Source: Eledone cirrhosa
Lineage: Eukaryota
Length of the DNA: 64,000 nt
Assembly (NCBI GenBank): GCA_964016885.1
Contig: OZ024741.1
Location: 317,068,001-317,132,000 of the forward strand
Direction: 5' to 3'
Made by a program: the position numbers and the translations under genes. This document shows, piece after piece, positions 1 to 13,400 of this stretch. Positions within the stretch are counted from its first letter, which is position 1; every line of letters begins with the position of its first letter. The notes beneath the pieces are model-generated. The model searched no databases. It was not told where the DNA came from and was given only the letters and a program-made list of their open reading frames with translations.

Positions 1-1437
1 TACCGCGATGACATCTTTGGACAGTTGCTGATGACATGGTGACATCTTCGATGTTAATTCTGCAGAGTCTGCACTTGTTATCACATCTAGGTGTTTTGGC
101 TGCATCCTTATCTCTTATGTGAATCAGGTATTTCGTGTTAATTTCCTGTTCTTGGATTGCAAAAGCGTATCCTTCAAGTGGGAGCCAATATAGCGGTTGT
201 TGGTGTCAAGATAGACTATTTTCATTATCTATATTACTCTCACTCTGGGGCTTCCTGGCAACATAGCCATGCATGATTTTTTGCTGATAAGCATGCAGTT
301 TTCCATCCATGGATCACTGCGATACTGCTGAGCGACTTCCTGGGTATGAGTTTTTGATTATACACAGGCAATATCTCTCGAGGATTCCTTCCCAACTCTC
401 ATGATCTTATCTGTTTCATGCAGATAGACTTGCTCGAGAGACGGGCTCCTACGCTTCGAGGTTCGTAGGTGTTGTCGGATGGATATGATGCGACATTCAA
501 ATGCTTCTGGACTGATGTTAAGCCTCTGCCTCATCAACTGCTCGGATTTCGTCTATCGTTCAGGTTGAGTATTCCAAACGTTGGTGTTAAGACAGGCACA
601 GAAAACCCATTGTGAGCCACTGTTTTGTTTTGCGCAGAGAGTTCCGATGACCAAATCTTTCTTAATCGGGTGTAGTATTCCCTAGTTACACGTTCCTTAT
701 TACTGATACCATTATAGGATATGTTCTCATCTATCCCCAGGTATCTGTAGCAGCCCTCATCAAATATCGGTGACACAGTTAGGCCATTGATAACAATGTT
801 GCTAGATTGGGTTGTTGTTTTTCCCCGCTTTACAGTCATATATGAGTATTTATCTGGTCAAACTCCATTCCTATATCCTTTGAGAACGTTGTAACCAGGT
901 CAATATTTTTCTTCATCCCATCCATGTTCTTGGCATAGATTTTCAGATCATCCACAAAGAAATTATGGGTTAGGTTCGTATTTCGGTCCTCCTGTGAGCC
1001 AATGATGTATCCCTCACATTTCTTGAGCAGAACGGACAAGGGGTTTAATGACAAGATGAACAATATCACATAGAGACTGTCCCCCTGAAATATACCCCTG
1101 CGATATTTTATTTTATCAGTGAAAATAGAATCCTCTTTCTCTGTCTTTAACCTTAGGATAGTAGCTCAAGAAGAAGACAGCTTCTCTATGGCTCTGATAA
1201 TAAGTCTGGGACTTTAGCAAGTTGGAGGGCCTCTATCATCCAAGAGTGGGGAACAGAACTGTAGCCATATTCCTCCTAAGTTGTCTCCCCTCCGACATCG
1301 CAGTTTGTTGATTAGGAGTTGTTCAGCACATCCCCAAACCCCTTTCTTTCCAGCTGCTTGTTCATCTGTGATGATGTTATTATTTTCACAGTGATCTTGG
1401 AGGAATAGGTTCAGGCAGGCTGTATACATCTTATACA
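1..1437 (-). mobile_element. R4/Dong-clade non-LTR retrotransposon, 5'-truncated, frameshifted (RT to CCHC finger); runs off the window start
   Basis: Minus-strand fragments: EQAAGKKGVWGCAEQLLINK, RRGIFQGDSL, THNFFVDDLKIYA, YRYLGI, SELSAQNK..HN.FSVPVLTPTFGIL, EGYAFAIQEQEINTKY, KCRLCRINIEDV. The 5' junction abuts (TATG)n. Confidence 0.9.
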
Positions 1438-1515
1438 TGTATGTATGTATGTATGTATGTATGTATGTATGTATGTATGTATGAATGTATGTATATATGT
1501 ATGATTTTATGTATG
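1438..1515. repeat. (TATG)n microsatellite
   Basis: Directly visible; further tracts at ~1821-1885, 2382-2393, 3656-3670 and 4058-4128. Confidence 0.95.
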
Positions 1516-1815
1516 TTCTTCTGGTTTTATAATTTCACAAATTTTTGCCATGGAGAGAGAGTCGTTTCCTTAAATAGATACAAGACTCTCTCATTGGAGT
1601 TCAAACAACATCAATAGGTAGTTATGTATGCATGTCTGCATGCATGCATGTGTGTGCAGGTAGGATGTAAATGTATGTGTGGATGTGGATGTTTTGAGTT
1701 GTATGTGTGCATGTGCATATACTCTGAATCTGTACATGTGTATATGCAGTTATAGATACAGAATATTTGGAATGTTTTACATAGTTTTTACTGTTCCATT
1801 AATGGATTGTACCTG
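1516..1815 (-). mobile_element. 3' end (last codons + 3' UTR) of an R4/Dong-type element
   Basis: Diverged copy of 3671-3965 (shared TTCTTCTGGTTT..ATAATTTCACAAA, CAAGACTCTCTCATTGG, TTTACTGTTCCATTAATGGATTGTAC); minus strand reads QVQSINGTVK. Confidence 0.75.
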
Positions 1816-1901
1816 TACAATATGTATGTATGTATGTATGGATGGATGGATAGATGTATGTATGTATGTTTGAATGTATGTATGACATATCTTAAATTAT
1901 T

Positions 1902-1998
1902 TTACAAAAGTCTTGAATCACTGGCGTCAGATAAGGAAGCAGAGCGATCTGTGATTTGGAGCGGTGTTAAAGATTTTGGTTTGTCAGAGTTAAGCATG
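1902..1998 (-). CDS. Candidate terminal exon of an unidentified host gene
   Basis: Minus strand: pyrimidine tract TTTTTACGTACTTTTCTTTTCGTTTCAG, then C + MLNSDKPKSLTPLQITDRSASLSDASDSRLL*. No homology recognised. Confidence 0.3.
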
Positions 1999-2393
1999 CT
2001 GAAACGAAAAGAAAAGTACGTAAAAATGAGATTAATAGCAATGATATTTGGTAGTGATTCTCATTCTTTCAATGTTCCCCATGCACAAAAGTATGCATAT
2101 CCCGCACTGATCTGAGATCACACCAGCGCGCCCATGCGGGCAAGGCACGCATGATTTATTGGAATTTCATTCCGGATGACCACTTTCCATGTTATGAATA
2201 AAACCTGCAAGTCAGGTGGAGGATTAAAGCGGCATTTTCATAATAAACAAGCGGAAAGGGGAGTCAATGATGAAATGAGACATTGCTGCAGGGCTCAAAC
2301 GTCATTTAAGATCTCACACCAGAAAGAGAAATTATAGGTAAAAGAAGGGGGTCAAACTCTGCAAGAAGCAGACAACCACCATATGTATGTATG

Positions 2394-3657
2394 TTATCTC
2401 CTTCTCTTAATTTCGAGTATATTTTTTTGACCGGCCACCTTCCTGGTGGCAAGGTTGTAAAAGAAAAGAAATTGTCATCTCTTGAATCGCAAGAATGTTT
2501 TGCAAATTTTTGAAGGTGCCAGCTATCGCAGCCATTTGTAGACTATGAATTAAGGAGCTGCGCTCTTTGTCCGCAAATCCAAGTTCGGTCATACTTGGTC
2601 CAAACGTGTTGGTATATAAACCCGTAGCTCCCAATAATGATGGGTATGAAGCTAAAGGTGTATCTTGGATACTGGATTTGTAAACTCCTCATCAATGGTC
2701 CGTAGATGTCCTCCTTCTCCTGTATTTTTCTGACAAACGTTTACATCAAGTGGGCAACTGATCTCCACAGCAGAACACGTTTTCAATGTGTGGTCCCAAC
2801 AACAATATCAGGCCGGTTGTGCTTTAATTTGGTGGCAGTTTTTATTTTCAGGTTCCACCAGTATTCCTTAGTGCCATCTGTCTCAAAATATTCTTCCTCG
2901 TTTGTTGTTAATTTGTTTTCCGAAGTGCGTTCCAGATGGTTCTAACTATCCCATCGTGTCTCATGGGGAGGTAGTAGCGAGATGACATTCTTTCGCAGCT
3001 GGCAACATGTGGCTTACATCCTCGATCTTTGTTTTACATAGCCTACATTTACTGTCAGCTGATGGCCCTCCCCTTTTGTGCAGCAGATATTTGGTAGGGA
3101 GTTCTTGTTCCTGTATTGCATAGAGATATCCCTCAAGGTGTGATGTCATAAACTTGTCGGAACTCCATGCCAGGCTTTTTGAGTGGTTTATCCCCTCTAT
3201 GGTTTGTGTGTTACGTCTCAAGTATCCATGCACAATTTTTTCTGTAAATTGGTCAATTTTTTCATCTTGTTTGAACATTGAATAGGATCTTCCGATTTCT
3301 CTGGGTGAGAGATTTATATCAGGCTTTATTCCATATCTCTCCTCCAGATCAGTGCTATTCTAATGATATTTCTTTTTCATGCTCATAAACCTGGGCAAGA
3401 TGGTTGCCAACCTTTTTCCTCTGTTTAAGGTGTTGCTTCAGTGTTACTATCCGGGTCTCATATGATGTTAATATGGATTTTAGACCCCGGCCACCTTCCT
3501 TGCGTGAGAAGTATAACCTATCCACATCACCATTGATGTTAAAGTTCCCAGTAACACTGAGAAGTTTGCGAGTTCTAACATCCATCTCACTTAGTTCTTG
3601 CAATGACCAGTCAGCAGGCCAAATGTGGCGTTAGAATTGGCACAGCATAAGTATTAT
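2394..3657 (-). mobile_element. R4/Dong-clade element, 3' part with CCHC finger, restriction-like endonuclease and 3' UTR
   Basis: DVDRLYFSRKEGGRGL, SHLEGYLYAIQEQELPTKY, CRLCKTKIEDVSH, EYWWNLKIKTATKLKHNRPDIVV, AVEISCPLDV, IIGATG; several frameshifts. TATG repeats lie at both ends. Confidence 0.9.
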
Positions 3658-3670
3658 GTATGCATGTATG

Positions 3671-4058
3671 TTCTTCTGGTTTATAATTTCACAAAGTTTT
3701 ACCAATAGAGAGAGAGTCGTTTCTAGCATAGACACAAGACTCTCTCATTGGAATTTACACAACATCAACTAGGTGGATATGTATGTATGTCTGCATGCAT
3801 GCATGTGTAGATATGGATGTTATTGTATGGGGGGATGTGTATGTTTGAGGTTGTATGTGTGCATGTGTATATGCTTTGTATCTGTACATGTGTATATGCA
3901 GTTATTAGATGCAAAATGTTTGGAATGTTTTACATATATTTACTGTTCCATTAATGGATTGTACTTGTAATTTCCTAACTAGTTGAGTTCTTTCTGTTCC
4001 TGTGAAGCCTAGCTTCTCTAGATTTGTATTGAGGCAGGCAGTTACTAACATATCCAGT
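3671..4058 (-). mobile_element. 3' end of an R4/Dong-type element (different subfamily from 2394-3657)
   Basis: Minus strand TGYV..NLEKLGFTGTERTQLVRKLQVQSINGTVK aligns with TGLY..MTELGFADKERSSLIHSLQMAAIAGTFK of the neighbouring copy; flanked by TATG repeats. Confidence 0.8.
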
Positions 4059-4280
4059 ATGTATGTATGTATGTATGTATGTATGTATGTATGTATGTAT
4101 GTATGTATGTATGTATGTATGTATGTATCTGTGTATATATGTTTGTCCGTATATAAGTTTTTCTGTCCTTCAGTATATATGCGTTAATATTTGTCTGTAT
4201 GTATGTATGTCTTTATGCATGCATGAATGTATGTATGTCTTTATGCATGCATGAATGTATGTATGTGTATGTATGCATGT

Positions 4281-4480
4281 NNNNNNNNNNNNNNNNNNNN
4301 NNNNNNNNNNNNNNNNNNNNNNNNNNNNNNNNNNNNNNNNNNNNNNNNNNNNNNNNNNNNNNNNNNNNNNNNNNNNNNNNNNNNNNNNNNNNNNNNNNNN
4401 NNNNNNNNNNNNNNNNNNNNNNNNNNNNNNNNNNNNNNNNNNNNNNNNNNNNNNNNNNNNNNNNNNNNNNNNNNNNNNNN
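4281..4480. other. Assembly gap (200 N)
   Basis: Run of N. Confidence 1.
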
Positions 4481-7400
4481 TTGGTGTTAGTTGTGTGGTA
4501 GTGGTGGTATTGGTGTTAGTGTTGGTAGTGGTGGTATTGGTGTTAGTGTTGGTAGTGGTGGTATTGGTGTTAGGGTGGTTAGTGGTGGTATTGGTGTTAG
4601 TGTTGGTAGTGGTGCTATTGGTGTTAGTGGTGGTAGTGGTGGTATTGGTGTTAGTGTTGGTAGTGGTGGTATTGGTGTTAGTGGTGGTAGTGGTGGTATT
4701 GGTGTTAGTGGTGGTAAGTGGTGGTATTGGTGTTAGTGTTGGTAGTGGTGGTATTGGTGTTAGTGGTGGTAGAGGTGGTATTGGTGTTAGTGGTTGGTAG
4801 TGGTGGTATTGGTGTTAGTGGTGGTAGTGGTGGTATTGGTGTTAGTGGTGGTAGTGGTGGTATTGGTGTTAGTGGTGGTAGTGGTGGTATTGGTGTTAGT
4901 GGTGGTAGTGGTGTATTGGTGTTAGTGGTGGTAGTGGTGGTATTGGTGTTAGTGGTGGTAGTGGTGGTATTGGTGTTAGTGGTGGTAGTGGTGGTATTGG
5001 TGTTAGTGGTGGTAGTGGTGGTATTGGTGTTAGTGGTGGTAGTGGTGGTATTGGTGTTAGTGTTGGTAGTGGTGGTATTGGTGTTAGTGGTGGTAGTGGT
5101 GGTATTGGTGTTAGTGGTGGTAGTGGTGGTATTGGTGTTAGTGGTGGTAGTGGTGGTATTGGTGTTAGTGTTGGTAGTGGTGGTATTGGTGTTAGTGGTG
5201 GTAGTGGTGGTATTGGTGTTAGTGTTGGTAGTGGTGGTATTGGTGTTAGTGGTGGTAGTGGTGGTATTGGTGTTAGTGTTGGTAGTGGTGGTATTGGTGT
5301 TAGTGGTTGGTAGTGGTGGTATTGGTGTTAGTGTTGGTAGTGGTGGTATTGGTGTTAGTGGTGGTAGTGGTGGTATTGGTGTTAGTGTTGGTAGTGGTGG
5401 TATTGGTGTTAGTGGTGGTAGTGGTGGTATTGGTGTTAGTGGTGGTAGTGGTGGTATGGTGTTAGTGGTGGTAGTGGTGGTATTGGTGTTAGTGGTGGTA
5501 GTGGTGGTATTGGTGTTAGTGGTGGTAGTGGTGGTATTGGTGTTAGTGGTGGTAGTGGTGGTATTGGTGTTAGTGTTGGTAGTGGTGGTATTGGTGTTAG
5601 TGTGGTAGTGGTGGTATTGGTGTTAGTGGTGGTAGTGGTGGTAGTGGTGGTAGTGGTGGTATTGGTGTTAGTGGTGGTAGTGGTGGTATTGGTGTTAGTG
5701 GTGGTAGTGGTGGTATTGGTGTTAGTGGTGGTAGTGGTGGTATTGGTGTTAGTGTGGTAGTGGTGGTATTGGTGTTAGTGGTGGTAGTGGTGGTATTGGT
5801 GTTAGTGGTGGTAGTGGTGGTATTGGTGTTAGTGGTGGTAGTGGTGGTATTGGTGTTAGTGGTGGTAGTGGTGGTATTGGTGTTAGTGTTGGTAGTGGTG
5901 GTATTGGTGTTAGTGTTGGTAGTGGTGGTATTGGTGTTAGTGGTGGTAGTGGTGGTATTGTGTTAGTGTTGGTAGTGGTGGTTGGTGTAGTGGTGGTAGT
6001 GGTGGTTTGGTGTTAGTGTTGGTAGTGGTGGTATTGGTGTTAGTGGTGGTAGTGGTGGTATTGGTGTTAGTGGTTGTGGTGGTAGTGGTGGTATTAGTGG
6101 TTTTGGTGTTAGTGGTGGTATTGGTGGTATTGGTGGTAGTGGTGGTAGTGGTGGTATTGGTGTTAGTGGTGTTGTGGTGGTATTGGTGTTAGTGGTGGTA
6201 GTGGTGGTATTGGTGTTAGTGTTGGTAGTGGTGGTATGGTGTTAGTGTGGTAGTGGTGGTATTGGTGTTAGTGTTGGTAGTGGTGGTATTGGTGTTAGTG
6301 TTGGTAGTGTTGGTATTGGTGGTAGTGGTGGTAGTGGTGGTATTGGTGTATGGTGTTAGTGTGGTAGTGGTGGTATTGGTGTTAGTGTTGGTAGTGGTGG
6401 TATTGGTGTTAGTGGTGGTAGTGGTGGTATTGGTGTTAGTGTTGGTAGTGGTGGTATTGGTGTTAGTGTGGTAGTGGTGGTATTGGTGTTAGTGTTGGTA
6501 GTGGTGGTATTGGTGTTAGTGGTGGTAGTGGTGGTATTGGTGTTAGTGTTGGTAGTGGTGGTATTGGTGTTAGGTGGTAGTGGTGGTATTGGTGGTAGGT
6601 GGTAGTGTGGTATTGGTGTTAGTGGTGGTAGTGGTGGTATTGGTGTTAGTGTTGGTAAGTGGTGGTATTGGTGGTAGTGGTGTAGTGGTGGTATTGGTGT
6701 TAGTGTTGGTAGTGGTGGTATTGGTGGTAGTGGTGGTAGTTGGTGGTATTGGTGTTAGTGGTGGTAGTGGTGGTATTGGTGGTAGTGGTGGTAGTGGTGG
6801 TATTGGTGTAGTGGTGGTAGTGGTGGTATTGGTGTTAGTGGTGGTAGTGTGGGTATTGGTGGTAGTGGTGGTAGTGGTGGTATTGGTGTTAGTGTTGGTA
6901 GTGGTGGTATTGGTGTTAGTGGTGGTAGTGGTGGTATTGGTGTTAGTGTTGGTAGTGGTGGTATTGGTGGTTAGTGGTGGTAGTGGTGGTATTGGTGTTA
7001 GTGTGGTAGTGGTGGTATTGGTGTTAGTGGTGGTAGTGGTGGTATTGGTGTTAGTGGTGGTAGTGGTGGTTTGGTGTTGTGTGGTTTGGTGGTTGGTGTT
7101 AGTGTTGGTAGTGGTGGTATTGGTGGTAGTGGTGGTAGTAGGTGGTATTGGTGTTAGTGGTGGTAGTGGTGGGTTGGTGTAGTGGTGGTAGTGGTGGTAT
7201 TGGTGTTAGTGGTGGTAGTGGTGGTATTGGTGTTAGTGGTGGTAGTGGTGGTATTGGTGTTAGTGGTGGTAGTGGTGGTATTGGTGGTTAGTGGTGGTAG
7301 TGGTGGTATTGGTGTTAGTGGTGGTAGTGGTGGTATTGGTGGTAGTGGTGGTAGTGGTGGTATTGGTGTTAGTGGTTGGTAGTGGTGGTATTGGTGTTAG

Positions 7401-10400
7401 TGTTGGTAGTGGTGGCATTGGTGTTAGTGGTGGTAGTGGTGGTATTGGTGTTAGTGGTGGTAGTGGTGGTATTGGTGTTAGTGTTGGTAGTGGTGGTATT
7501 GGTGTTAGTGGTGGTAGTGGTGGTATTGGTGTTAGTGTTGGTAGTGGTGGTATTGTTGTTAGTGTTGGTAGTGGTGGTATTGGTGTTAGTGGTGGTAGTG
7601 GTGGTATTGGTCTTAGTGGTGTTATTGGTGTTAGTGGTGGTAGTGGTGGTAGTGGTGGTATTGGTGGTATTGGTGTTAGTGGTGGTATTGGTGTTGCTGG
7701 TGGTCTTGGTGGTATTAGTGTTAGTGTTAGTAGTGGTGGTATTGTTGTTAGTGTTGGTAGTGGTGGTATTGGTGTTAGTGGTGGTAGTGGTGGTATTGGT
7801 GTTAGTGTTGGTAGTAGTGGTATTGGTGTTAGTGGTGGTAGTAGTGGTATTGGTGTAGTGGTGGTAGTAGTGGTATTGGTGTTAGTGGTGGTAGTGGTGG
7901 TATTGGTGTTAGTGTTGGTAGTGGTGGCATTGGTGTTACTGGTGGTAAGTGGTGGTATTGGTGTTAGTGGTGGTAGTGGTGGTATTGGTGTTAGTGTTGG
8001 TAGTGGTGGTATTGGTGTTAGTGGTGGTAGTGGTGGTATTGGTGTTAGTGTTGGTAGTGGTGGTATTGTTGTTAGTGTTGGTAGTGGTGGTATTGGTGTT
8101 AGTGGTGGTAGTGGTGGTATTGGTCTTAGTGGTGTTATTGGTGTTAGTGGTGGTAGTGGTGGTAGTGGTGGTATTGGTGGTATTGGTGTTAGTGGTGGTA
8201 TTGGTGTTGCTGGTGGTCTTGGTGGTATTAGTGTTAGTGTTAGTAGTGGTGGTATTGTTGTTAGTGTTGGTAGTGGTGGTATTGGTGTTAGTGGTGGTAG
8301 TGGTGGTATTGGTGTTAGTGTTGGTAGTAGTGGTATTGGTGTTAGTGGTGGTAGTAGTGGTATTGGTGTTAGTGGTGGTAGTAGTGGTATTGGTGTTAGT
8401 GGTGGTAGTGGTGGTATTGGTGTTAGTGTTGGTAGTGGTGGTATTGGTGTTAGTGGTGGTAGTGGTGGTATTGGTGTTAGTGGTGGTAGTGGTGGTATTG
8501 GTGTTAGTGGTGGTAGTGGTGGTATTGGTGTTAGTGGTGGTAGTGGTGGTATTGGTGTTAGTGTTGGTAGTGGTGGTATTGGTGTTAGTGGTGAAGTGGT
8601 GGTATTGGTGTTAGTGGTGGTAGTGGTGGTATTGGTGTTAGTCGTGGTAGTGGTGGTATTGGTGTTAGTGTTGGTAGTGGTGGTATTGGTGTTAGTGGTG
8701 GTAGTGGTGGTATTGGTGTTAGTGGTGGTAGTGGTGGTATTGGTGTTAGTGTTGGTAGTGGTGGTATTGGTGTTAGTGGTGGTAGTGGTGGTATTGGTGT
8801 TAGTGGTGGTAGTGGTGGTATTGGTGTTAGTGGTGGTAGTAGTGGTATTGGTGTTAGTGTTGGTAGTGGTGGTATTGGTGTTAGTGGTGGTAGTGGTGGT
8901 ATTGGTGTTAGTGTTGGTAGTGGTGGTATTGGTGTTAGTGGTGGTAGTGGTGGTATTGGTGTTAGTGGTGGTAGTGGTGGTATTGGTGTTAGTGTTGGTC
9001 GTGGTGGTATTGGTGTTAGTGGTGGTAGTAGTGGTATTGGTGTTAGTGTTGGTAGTGGTGGTATTGGTGTTAGTGGTGGTAGTGGTGGTATTGGTGTTAG
9101 TGTTGGTCGTGGTGGTATTGGTGTTAGTGGTGGTAGTAGGTGGTATTGGTGTTAGTGTTGGTCGTGGTGGTATTGGTGTTAGTGGTGGTAGTAAGTGGTA
9201 TTGGTGTTAGTGTTGGTAGTGGTGGTATTGGTGTTAGTGGTGGTAGTGGTGGTATTGGTGTTAGTGTTGGTAGTGGTGGTATTGGTGTAGTGTGGTAGTG
9301 GTGGTATTGGTGTTAGTGGTGGTAGTGGTGGTATTGGTGTTAGTGGTGGTAGTGGTGGTATTGGTGTTAGTGTTGGTAGTGGTGGTATTGGTGTTAGTGG
9401 TGGTAGTGGTGGTATTGGTGTTAGTGGTGGTAGGGGTGTTATTGGTGTTAGTGGTGGTAGTGGTGGTATTGGTGTTAGTGTTGGTAGTGGTGGTATTGGT
9501 GTTAGTGTTGGTAGTGGTGGTATTGGTGTTAGTGTTGGTAGTGGTGGTATTGGTGTTAGTGGTGGTAGTAGGTGGTATTGGTGTTAGTGTTGGTAGTGGT
9601 GGTATTGGTGTTAGTGGTGGTAGTGGTGGTATTGGTGTTAGTGGTGGAAGAGGTGGTATTGGTGTTAGTGTTGGTAGTGGTGGTATTGGTGTTAGTGTTG
9701 GTAGTGGTGGTATTGGTGTTAGTGTTGGTAGTGGGGTATGGTGTTAGTGGTGGTTGTGGTATTGGTGTTAGTGTGGTAGTGGTGGTATTGGTGTAGTGTT
9801 GGTAGTGGTGGTATTGGTGTTAGTGGTGGTAGTGGTGGTATTGGTGGTAGTGGTGGTAGTGGTGGTATTGGTGTTAGTGTTGGTGGTAGTGGTGTTAGTG
9901 TGGTAATGGTGTTATTGGTGTTAGTGGTGGTATGGTGGTTGTGTTGGTGGTAGTGGTGTTTGGTGGTAGTGGTGGTATTGGTGTTAGTGTTGGTAGTGGT
10001 GGTATTGGTGTTAGTGGTGGTAGTGGTGGTATTGGTGTTAGTGGTGGTAGTGGTGGTATTGGTGTTAGTGGTGGTAGTGGTGGTATTGGTGTTAGTGGTG
10101 GTAGTGGTGGTATTGGTGTTAGTGGTGGTGGTGGTAGTGGTGTTAGTGGTGGTAGTGGTGGTATTGGTGGTTAGTGGTGGTAGTGGTGGTTTGGTGTAGT
10201 GTTGGTTGGTGGTATTGGTGTTAGTGGTGGTAGTGGTGGTATTGGTGTTAGTGGTGGTAGTGGTGGTATTGGTGTTAGTGTTGGTAGTGGTGGTATTGGT
10301 GTTAGTGTTGGTAGTGGTGGTATTGGTGTTAGTGTTGGTAGTGGTGGTATTGGTGTTAGTGTTGGTAGTGGTGGTATTGGTGTTAGTGGTGGTAGTGGTT

Positions 10401-13400
10401 GGTTAGTGTTGGTGTTGGTGTTGGTGTGGTGGTATTGGTGTTAGTGGTGGTAGTGGTGGTATTGGTGTTAGTTGGTAGTGGTGGTATTGGTGTTGGGTGG
10501 TAGTGGTGGTATTGGTGTTAGTGTGGTTGTGGTGGTATTGGTGTTAGTGTGGTGTGGTGGTTTGGTGTTAGTGTTGGTAGTGGTGGTATTGGTGTTAGTG
10601 GTGGTTGGTGTGGTTGGTTTTGGTGTTAGTGGTGGTTGTGGTGTATGTGGTTGTGGTGGTATTGGTGTTAGTGGTGGTAGTGGTGGTAGTGGTGTTAGTG
10701 GTGGTTGGTGTTTGTGTTGTGGTGGTATTGTGTTGTTAGTGGTGGTAGTGGTGGTATTGGTGTTGTGGGGTTGGTGGTTGGTGTTTGGTGGTATGTGGTT
10801 GGTGTTAGTGGTGGTAGTGGTGGTATTGGTGTTAGGTGTTGTGGTGTTGGTGTTGTGGTGTTTGTGTTGTGGTAGTGGTGGTATTGGTGTTAGTGGTGGT
10901 AGTGGTGGTATTGGTGTTAGTGTGGAGTGGTGGTATTGGTGTTAGTGGTGGTAGTGGTGGTATGGTGTTGTGGTGGTAGTGGTGGATTGGTGTTAGTGGT
11001 GGTAGTGGTGGTATTGGTGTTAGTGGTTGGTAGTGGTGGTATTGTGTTTGGTGGTAGTGGTGGTAGGTTGGTGGTAGTGGTGGTAGTGGTGTAGTGGTGG
11101 TGGTATTGGTGTTAGTGGTGGTAGTGGTGGTATTGGTGTTAGTGTTGGTAGTGGTGGTATTGGTGTTAGGTGTGGTAGTGGTGGTATTGGTGTTAGTGGT
11201 GGTAGTCGGTGGTATTGGTGTTAGTGTTGGTAGTGGTGGTATTGGTGTTAGTGGTGGTAGTGGTGGTATTGGTGTTAGTGGTGGTAGTGGTGGTATTGGT
11301 GTTAGTGGTGGTAGTGGTGGTATTGGTGTTAGTGTTGGTAGTGGTGGTATTGGTGTTAGTGTTGGTAGTGGTGGTATTGGTGTTAGTGGTGGTAGTGGTG
11401 GTAGTGGTGGTATTAGTGGTATTGGTGTTAGTGGTGGTAGTGGTGGTATTGGTGTAGTGGTGGTAGTGGTGGTATTGGTGGTAGTGGTGTTAGTGGTGGT
11501 ATTGGTGTTAGTGTTGGTAGTGGTGGTATTGGTGTTAGTGGTGGTAGTGGTGGTATTGGTGTTAGTGGTGGTATTGGTGGTATTGGTGTTAGTGTTGGTA
11601 GTGGTGGTATTGGTGTTAGTGGTGGTAGTGGTGGTATTAGTGGTAGTGGTGGTAGTGGTGGTATTGGTGTTAGTGTGGTAGTGGTGGTATTGGTGTTAGT
11701 GGTGGTAGTGGTGGTATTGGTGTTAGTGGTGGTAGTGGTGGTATTGGTGTTAGTGGTGGTAGTGGTGGTATTGGTGTTAGTGTTGTAGTGGTGGTATTGG
11801 TGTTAGTGGTGGTAGTGGTGGTATTGGTGTTAGTGGTGGTAGTGGTGGTAGTGGTGGTATGTGGTATTGGTGTTAGTGGTGGTAGTGGTGGTATTGGTGT
11901 AGTGGTGGTAGTGGTGGTATTGGTGGTAGTGGTGGTAGTGGTGGTATTGGTGTTAGTGGTGGTAGTGGTGGTATTGGTGTTAGTGGTGGTAGTGGTGGTA
12001 TTGGTGTTAGTGGTGGTAGTGGTGGTATTGGTGTTAGTGTTGGTAGTGGTGGTATTGGTGTTAGTGTTGGTAGTGTTGGTATTGGTGGTAGTGGTGGTAG
12101 TGGTGGTATTGGTGGTATTGGTGTTAGTGGTGGTAGTGGTGGTATTGGTGGTAGTGTTGGTAGTGGTGGTATTGGTGTTAGTGGTGGTAGTGGTGGTATT
12201 GGTGTTAGTGTTGGTAGTGGTGGTATTGGTGTTAGCGGTGGTAGTGGTGGTATTGGTGTTAGTGTTGGTAGTGGTGGTATTGGTGTTAGCTGGTGGTAGT
12301 GGTGGTATTGGTGTTAGTGTTGGTAGTGGTGGTATTGGTGTTAGTGGTGGTAGTGGTGGTATTGGTGTTAGTGTGGTAGTGGTGGTATTGGTGTTAGTGT
12401 TGGTAGTGGTGGTATTGGTGTTAGTGTTGGTAGTGGTGGTATTGGTGGTAGTGGTGGTAGTGGTGGTATTGGTGTTAGTGTGGTAGTGGTGGTATTGGTG
12501 TAGTGGTGGTAGTGGTGTATTGTGTTAGTGGTGGTAGTGGTGGTATTGGTGTAGTGGTGGTAGTGGTGGTATTGGTGTTAGTGGTGGTAGTGGTGGTATT
12601 GGTGTTAGTGGTGGTAGTGGTGGTATTGGTGGTAGTGGTGGTAGTGGTGGTATTGGTGTTAGTGTTGGTAGTGGTGGTATTGGTGGTAGTGGTGGTAGTG
12701 GTGGTATTGGTGTTAGTGTTGGTAGTGGTGGTATTGGTGTTAGTGGTGGTAGAGTGGTATTGGTGTTAGTGGTGGTAGTGGTGGTATTGGTGTTAGTGGT
12801 GGTAGTGGTGGTATTGGTGTTAGTGGTGGTAGTGGTGGTATTGGTGTAGTGGTGGTAGTGGTGGTATTGGTGTTAGTGGTGGTAGTGGTCGGTATTGGTG
12901 TTAGTGTTGGTAGTGGTGGTATTGGTGTTAGTGGTGGTAATGGTGGTATTGGTGTTAGTGTTGGTAGTGGTGGTATTGGTGTTAGTGTTGGTAGTGGTGG
13001 TATTGGTGGTAGTGGTGGTAGTGGTGGTATTGGTGTTAGTGTTGGTAGTGGTGGTATTGGTGTTAGTGTTGGTAGTGGTGGTATTGGTTGTTAGTGTTGG
13101 TAAGTGGTGGTATTGGTGTTAGTGGTGGTAGTGGTGGTATTGGTCTTAGTGGTGTTATTGGTGTTAGTGGTGGTAGTGGTGGTAGTGGTGGTAGTGGTGT
13201 TAGTGTTGGTAGTGGTGGTATTGGTGTTAGTGGTGGTATTGGTGTTGCTGGTGGTCTTGGTGGTATTAGTGTTAGTGTTAGTAGTGGTGGTATTGTTGTT
13301 AGTGTTGGTAGTGGTGGTATTGGTGTTAGTGGTGGTAGTGGTGGTATTGGTGTTAGTGTTGGTAGTAGGTGGTATTGGTGTTAGTGGTGGTAGTAGTGGT

